Part shown: in pieces, positions 59,781-64,000 of the stretch
How positions within the stretch are numbered: position 1 is the stretch's first letter
How the letters are laid out: each line of letters opens with the position of its first letter
IMG/VR virus record: IMGVR_UViG_3300032219_002227
Location: 109,247 to 173,246 of that record
Strand: one strand, 5' to 3'
DNA from: a virus
Lineage: Duplodnaviria; Caudoviricetes
DNA: 64,000 nt
Position numbers and translations under genes: made by a program
Notes under the pieces: generated by a model
What the model saw: the letters and a program-made list of their open reading frames with translations, nothing else
The model's database searches: none
Told to the model about the DNA's origin: nothing

Positions 59781-61085
59781 ATGTTTTACATTATCGAACG
59801 TCTCGATCAATTAGAACAATTAGGTCCATTTGGTGATTGTTTTATTCATTTAATTCCACACAATAGCAATTTTCATCCGGCTCTTACTCAATTGAGTTTA
59901 ATTTATATTAGACCACTTGATGGAAGGAAAGGATACATATTATGTATTGATCATAATGAAGCATTTAAGTTAAATAAAATTGATGTTGTAGATTGGCTAA
60001 CAAATAACACTGTTAGATTATGGTTGTTAGATAAGAAGTCTGCTATGCATTGGCTTTATTCAATGCGACATAAATTATTTGATGCTCATTTGCTTGAATT
60101 TGTTGATTTAATTGATGCATTATCTAATTCACCTTGTCTTGATTTCTACTATACACACCATCGGAACTTACCAAACATAAATTGTCTGATTCCAATTAGT
60201 AAACATTTTGAAGAATGTGAAAAGATATTTACTGCTACACTACCAATAACTAAAAAATATACTCTAACTAATACTCAGTTTCAATTTCAGAATTTTCAAA
60301 CAACACATATATTTTATGAAATTGAGAAAAACGGCATTCAGTTGGATAAAAAATGCTTTATAGAACATTATAAAGATAAGATGGACTATCCCGAATATAA
60401 TGTTAGTAAGGGCAGAATATACACTCAATATAATTTATATACAACTACCTCACGTCCATCTAATACATTTAATAACATCAACTTTGCAGCATTAAACAAA
60501 GATAATGGTGAGCGAGCATGTTACAAACCAGAAAATGATATGTTTATTGAAATTGATTTTCAAGGATATCATCCACGATTAATAGGTGAATTAGTTAATT
60601 TTGAATTTCCTAAAGATAAAAATACATATGAATATCTTGGTGAAATATTAGGTGTATCTAAACAAGAAGCCAAAGAATTAACATTTAAACAATTGTATGG
60701 TGGTGTTTGGAATGAATATAAAAATAAGCCATTCTTTGAGAAGGTGGATTTATATGTAGATGATTTATGGGATACATACCAATACAGTGGACGCATTACA
60801 GCAGCAAATAAAATATTTATACGTGGCGATGAAAATATTGCTCGTAACAAATTATTTAATTATATTGTTCAAAGCTATGAAACATCAACTAATATTGAAT
60901 TACTTAAATTAGTATTAAATTATTTAGATGATAAAAAAACAAAATTAATATTATACACATATGATGCGTTTTTATTTGATTATAATAAAGAAGATGGTGA
61001 AATTTTTACTACCATCAAAGAAATGTTGCAATATCCGATAAGCATAAAACAAGGCAAATCATATCACGGTTTAATTAACTTTTAA
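59781..61085 (+). CDS. Compact family A DNA polymerase-like protein
   Basis: TTTSRPSN, motif A EIDFQGYHPR, motif B AKELTFKQLYGG, NYIVQS, motif C YTYDAFLFD. Confidence 0.8.
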   Translation: MFYIIERLDQLEQLGPFGDCFIHLIPHNSNFHPALTQLSLIYIRPLDGRKGYILCIDHNEAFKLNKIDVVDWLTNNTVRLWLLDKKSAMHWLYSMRHKLFDAHLLEFVDLIDALSNSPCLDFYYTHHRNLPNINCLIPISKHFEECEKIFTATLPITKKYTLTNTQFQFQNFQTTHIFYEIEKNGIQLDKKCFIEHYKDKMDYPEYNVSKGRIYTQYNLYTTTSRPSNTFNNINFAALNKDNGERACYKPENDMFIEIDFQGYHPRLIGELVNFEFPKDKNTYEYLGEILGVSKQEAKELTFKQLYGGVWNEYKNKPFFEKVDLYVDDLWDTYQYSGRITAANKIFIRGDENIARNKLFNYIVQSYETSTNIELLKLVLNYLDDKKTKLILYTYDAFLFDYNKEDGEIFTTIKEMLQYPISIKQGKSYHGLINF

Positions 61086-61091
61086 ATATTT

Positions 61092-61511
61092 ATGATGGAA
61101 AATATATTTTTCGATTTGAATAAATTATTCTGTACATTTACTACGCCTGACGAGCTAGACACAGTGCTTTCTGATATTAATCGTCGATATACAATTATGT
61201 ATAATAAAATATTTGTTCTTGAGTCACCTCAAAGCAAAGAATTAATATGTACGTATAATATCGATATGGGAAATGTATCAGATGCTCCTCTACCAAATAC
61301 TATCCTATTGCATCGCAAAAAGGAAAGTAATACATTATATACTATCAATGCGCTCAATGCATTGATTAGAACATTAAATAATGGTGTGTTAGATACTAGA
61401 TTTATTATTAATTGGGCTGATTATAAAAACTGTATATTACTTAATACAGGTCCTGAATTACGTCGTTTAGATACAGCTATCTACAAGATAGTAGATTTAT
61501 CATCTCATTAA
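61092..61511 (+). CDS. Hypothetical phage protein
   Basis: KLFCTF..CTYN..NTILLHRKKESNTLYTINALN. Confidence 0.65.
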   Translation: MMENIFFDLNKLFCTFTTPDELDTVLSDINRRYTIMYNKIFVLESPQSKELICTYNIDMGNVSDAPLPNTILLHRKKESNTLYTINALNALIRTLNNGVLDTRFIINWADYKNCILLNTGPELRRLDTAIYKIVDLSSH

Positions 61512-61523
61512 ACTTAATAAATC

Positions 61524-61868
61524 ATGGCTACATACACAGCAGCACAACTTTATGGTAGTGGATCAATAGGTGAAAACTTATCTGGATTAAAAACATTTAC
61601 TTTTACTAACTCAAGTGTATCTTCTTACTTTACTTTAGAAGCAGTAAGAACACCAAATGGTTTTTACACTGGCAGCTCTGCTATTGTATCTTCAGGTTCA
61701 TTTACTATCTCTGCTTCTATGGTACCCGGATTTGTAACATCGTCCAATGTATTTTCACTTGCTATCCCTCCAGGTACTTCAGCATTTACGTTTACTCCTG
61801 CAAATGCTATAACAGGAACTACTTATTATTTAAGAGGAACAGGAAATTTTAGCCTTACTATATCTTAG
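61524..61868 (+). CDS. Small Ser/Thr/Gly-rich protein, probably on the virion surface
   Basis: GSGS, TGS, SGS, SAS motifs as in the fibre cluster. Confidence 0.55.
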   Translation: MATYTAAQLYGSGSIGENLSGLKTFTFTNSSVSSYFTLEAVRTPNGFYTGSSAIVSSGSFTISASMVPGFVTSSNVFSLAIPPGTSAFTFTPANAITGTTYYLRGTGNFSLTIS

Positions 61869-61900
61869 TTTGGCCACTCAGATAAGGATTCTTATATTTA
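61869..61900 (+). promoter_or_regulatory. Bacteroidota-type -33/-7 promoter upstream of SSB
   Basis: TTTG (61869), 20 nt spacer, TATATTTA (61893). Confidence 0.65.
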
Positions 61901-61921
61901 GTTATTAAAATACAAACAGTT

Positions 61922-62749
61922 ATGGATTTAAATCTAGTAAAGCAGAAGTTAGCCGCTGCTCAAAATAAAGGGCAACAACGTGAAAAAATCGATTACACAA
62001 AGATTTTCTGGAAACCAAAAGCAGGTAAGTACCAAGTACGTCTATTGCCATCTGCATTCGACAAATCATGGCCTATTCGTGAAGTACAATTCCATTATGG
62101 TTTTGCTAAAGGTCCAATCTTGTCATTGACAAACTGGAATGAAGCTGATCCAATTGCAGACTTTGCAAAGCAACTTCGTAAATCAGGTGATAAGGAAGAT
62201 TGGCAGTTAGCTAAAAAAATCGAACCAAAATCTCGTTATTTCGCTGCTGTAGTAGTACGTGGTGAAGAACATTTAGGTGCTCGTTTATGGGAATTTGGTA
62301 AATTAACTCATGATCAACTTCTTGGTATTGCTGCTGATGACGATTATGGTGATTTTACTGACATTACAGATGGTAGAGACTTTACAATTGAAGCAACTGA
62401 AGATGTTATTGCTGGTAGAAAAGGTATTAAATGTAACATTCGTGTTAAACCTAAAACTACTCCAATTTCAGAAGATGGTGCTTTAGTAACTAAATTACTT
62501 GAAGAACAACCAGACATTTTAGCTATTAATCGTAAATACACTTACGATGCTCTTAAAGACATCTTATCTAAATGGTTGAATCCTGAAGATGAGGCCGCTA
62601 CTGAAGCTCCAATCGCATCTGCTGATGCTGATGATGAAGATTCTTTTATTAAAGAAATCAATCAACCAGTAGTACCTGCTTATTCTTTAGAAACAAATGC
62701 TGCTAAAACTAGCAACGCAGACAAATTCAATGATTTATTTAACGACTAA
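61922..62749 (+). CDS. Single-stranded DNA-binding protein (gp32-like)
   Basis: FWKP..G...VRLLP, LWEFGK, DITDGRDF, acidic tail ending FNDLFND. Confidence 0.82.
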   Translation: MDLNLVKQKLAAAQNKGQQREKIDYTKIFWKPKAGKYQVRLLPSAFDKSWPIREVQFHYGFAKGPILSLTNWNEADPIADFAKQLRKSGDKEDWQLAKKIEPKSRYFAAVVVRGEEHLGARLWEFGKLTHDQLLGIAADDDYGDFTDITDGRDFTIEATEDVIAGRKGIKCNIRVKPKTTPISEDGALVTKLLEEQPDILAINRKYTYDALKDILSKWLNPEDEAATEAPIASADADDEDSFIKEINQPVVPAYSLETNAAKTSNADKFNDLFND

Positions 62750-62751
62750 TT

Positions 62752-63861
62752 ATGGCAAAAAGTAAAGACAGTCTTACAGCAGTAGTATCAGAATCGCTTA
62801 AAAAGTCTTTTGATATTGATGCATTCAAGAAATCTAAATTCCTCGATTCAGCATCAAAATTTAAAAAACAAAGGTGGATTCCATTTTCACCCGCAGTAAA
62901 AAATGCTCTTTCTATTCCAGGAGTACCAATGGGACATGTTACAATTGCCCGTGGAGGATCCGATACTGGAAAAACCACATTAATGATTGAAACAGCTGTA
63001 GCCGCTCAAAAAATGGGCGTGCTACCTGTTTTCATCGTTACTGAAATGAAATGGGATTTTGAACATGCTCAAAAGATGGGATTAGAATTAGAATCTATTC
63101 CTGATGAAGTAACAGGTGAAGTAATGAATTATAAAGGTTTCTTTATCTATGTTGATAGAGGATCTTTAAATACAATTGAAGATGTATCTGCATTCATAGC
63201 TGATATTCTTAATGAACAAGCAAAAGGTAAATTACCATATGATTTATTATTCCTTTGGGATTCAGTAGGATCTATTCCATGCGAAATGAGTGTTAAACAG
63301 GGAAATAATAATCCAATGTGGAATGCTGGAGCTATGGCTACACAATTTGGTAACTTTATCAACCAACAGTTTCCATTATCACGTAAAGAAAAGTATCCAT
63401 ATACAAATACATTCTTTGTAATTAACAAAACAGGCGTTCAACCAGCACTTACTCCAATGAGTCAACCTCGTATGACAAATAAAGGTGGTAACGCAATGTA
63501 TTGGGATGCTTCAATTGTAATTACATTTGGTAATGTAACTAATAGCGGTACTTCAAAAATACACGCACAAAAAGATGGTAAGAAAGTTGAATTTGCTAAA
63601 CGTACTAAAATAGCAATTGACAAAATACACGCTGATTGTGGTGTAGCTACTTCATCTACTATTATTGTAACACCTCATGGTTTTATACCTGATGAAGATA
63701 ATGATATTAAGAGTTATAAGAAGGAATATGCTAAAGAATGGTTTGAAGGAATAACTAACGCTGATGATTTACAAATTTTTGAAGATACTAGCGAATGGGA
63801 AGAAAGCAGAAGCATATCCCCAATGGTAGAGATAGATAATGATGAGATAGAAAATAAATAA
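62752..63861 (+). CDS. uvsX: RecA/UvsX-like recombinase
   Basis: GVPMG, Walker A GGSDTGKTT, FLWDSVGS, KGG.A motifs. Confidence 0.85.
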   Translation: MAKSKDSLTAVVSESLKKSFDIDAFKKSKFLDSASKFKKQRWIPFSPAVKNALSIPGVPMGHVTIARGGSDTGKTTLMIETAVAAQKMGVLPVFIVTEMKWDFEHAQKMGLELESIPDEVTGEVMNYKGFFIYVDRGSLNTIEDVSAFIADILNEQAKGKLPYDLLFLWDSVGSIPCEMSVKQGNNNPMWNAGAMATQFGNFINQQFPLSRKEKYPYTNTFFVINKTGVQPALTPMSQPRMTNKGGNAMYWDASIVITFGNVTNSGTSKIHAQKDGKKVEFAKRTKIAIDKIHADCGVATSSTIIVTPHGFIPDEDNDIKSYKKEYAKEWFEGITNADDLQIFEDTSEWEESRSISPMVEIDNDEIENK

Positions 63862-63866
63862 ACAAA

Positions 63867-64000
63867 ATGAAGAGTAAATACGAACAATTACTCTCCAACG
63901 TACAACCAGACATTCGTAAAGAACTAAGTTCGATTTTAATCATAGACGGCCTCAATACATTTTTGAGGTCGTTTACTATGATTAACCATATGAATCCTGA
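63867..64000 (+). CDS. 5'-3' exonuclease / RNase H-like protein (3'-truncated by window edge)
   Basis: MKSKYEQLLSNVQPDIRKELSSILIIDGLNTFLRSF matches the PolI 5'-nuclease N-terminal motif. Confidence 0.75.
   Translation, partial: MKSKYEQLLSNVQPDIRKELSSILIIDGLNTFLRSFTMINHMNP

Noticed and set aside
4421-63428. Minus-strand and nested ORFs in the track (e.g. 13441..13755, 29071..29433, 52658..53059, 8900..9229)
   Set aside because: All lie within well-supported + strand genes, have no recognisable motifs, and look like shadow frames.

Overview
This is a 64 kb, AT-rich segment of a large T4-like (myovirus) phage genome, with all credible genes on the + strand and the standard genetic code. The host is most likely in Bacteroidota: Shine-Dalgarno sites are almost absent and TTTG-N20-TAnnTTTA promoter boxes are present. 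From left to right it holds: (1) accessory genes (FAD oxidoreductase, P-loop kinase, HExxH/vWA plus MoxR-like AAA, DUF6884-like protein, spanin-like protein); (2) the head module (terminase, portal, prohead protease, scaffold, major capsid), PhoH, and neck and tail-terminator genes; (3) a ~22 kb cluster of modular Ser/Thr/Ala/Gly-rich fibre and lectin-like genes; (4) sheath, tube, tail chaperone, tape measure and baseplate genes; (5) the start of a replication module (compact family A polymerase, gp32-like SSB, RecA/UvsX, 5'-3' exonuclease). The main signals not explained by standard annotation are: a pervasive (S/T)-G-S / (S/T)-A-S tripeptide concentrated in probable outer-surface virion regions (a candidate virion-wide modification sequon); a probable programmed +1/-2 frameshift on a T7 run in the tail-chaperone gene; structured RNA leaders directly behind late promoters of fibre genes; and a two-class promoter system (ATATTTAT late box versus TC-N13-TAnnTTTA). 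All family assignments come from motif recognition and synteny by eye, not from database searches.
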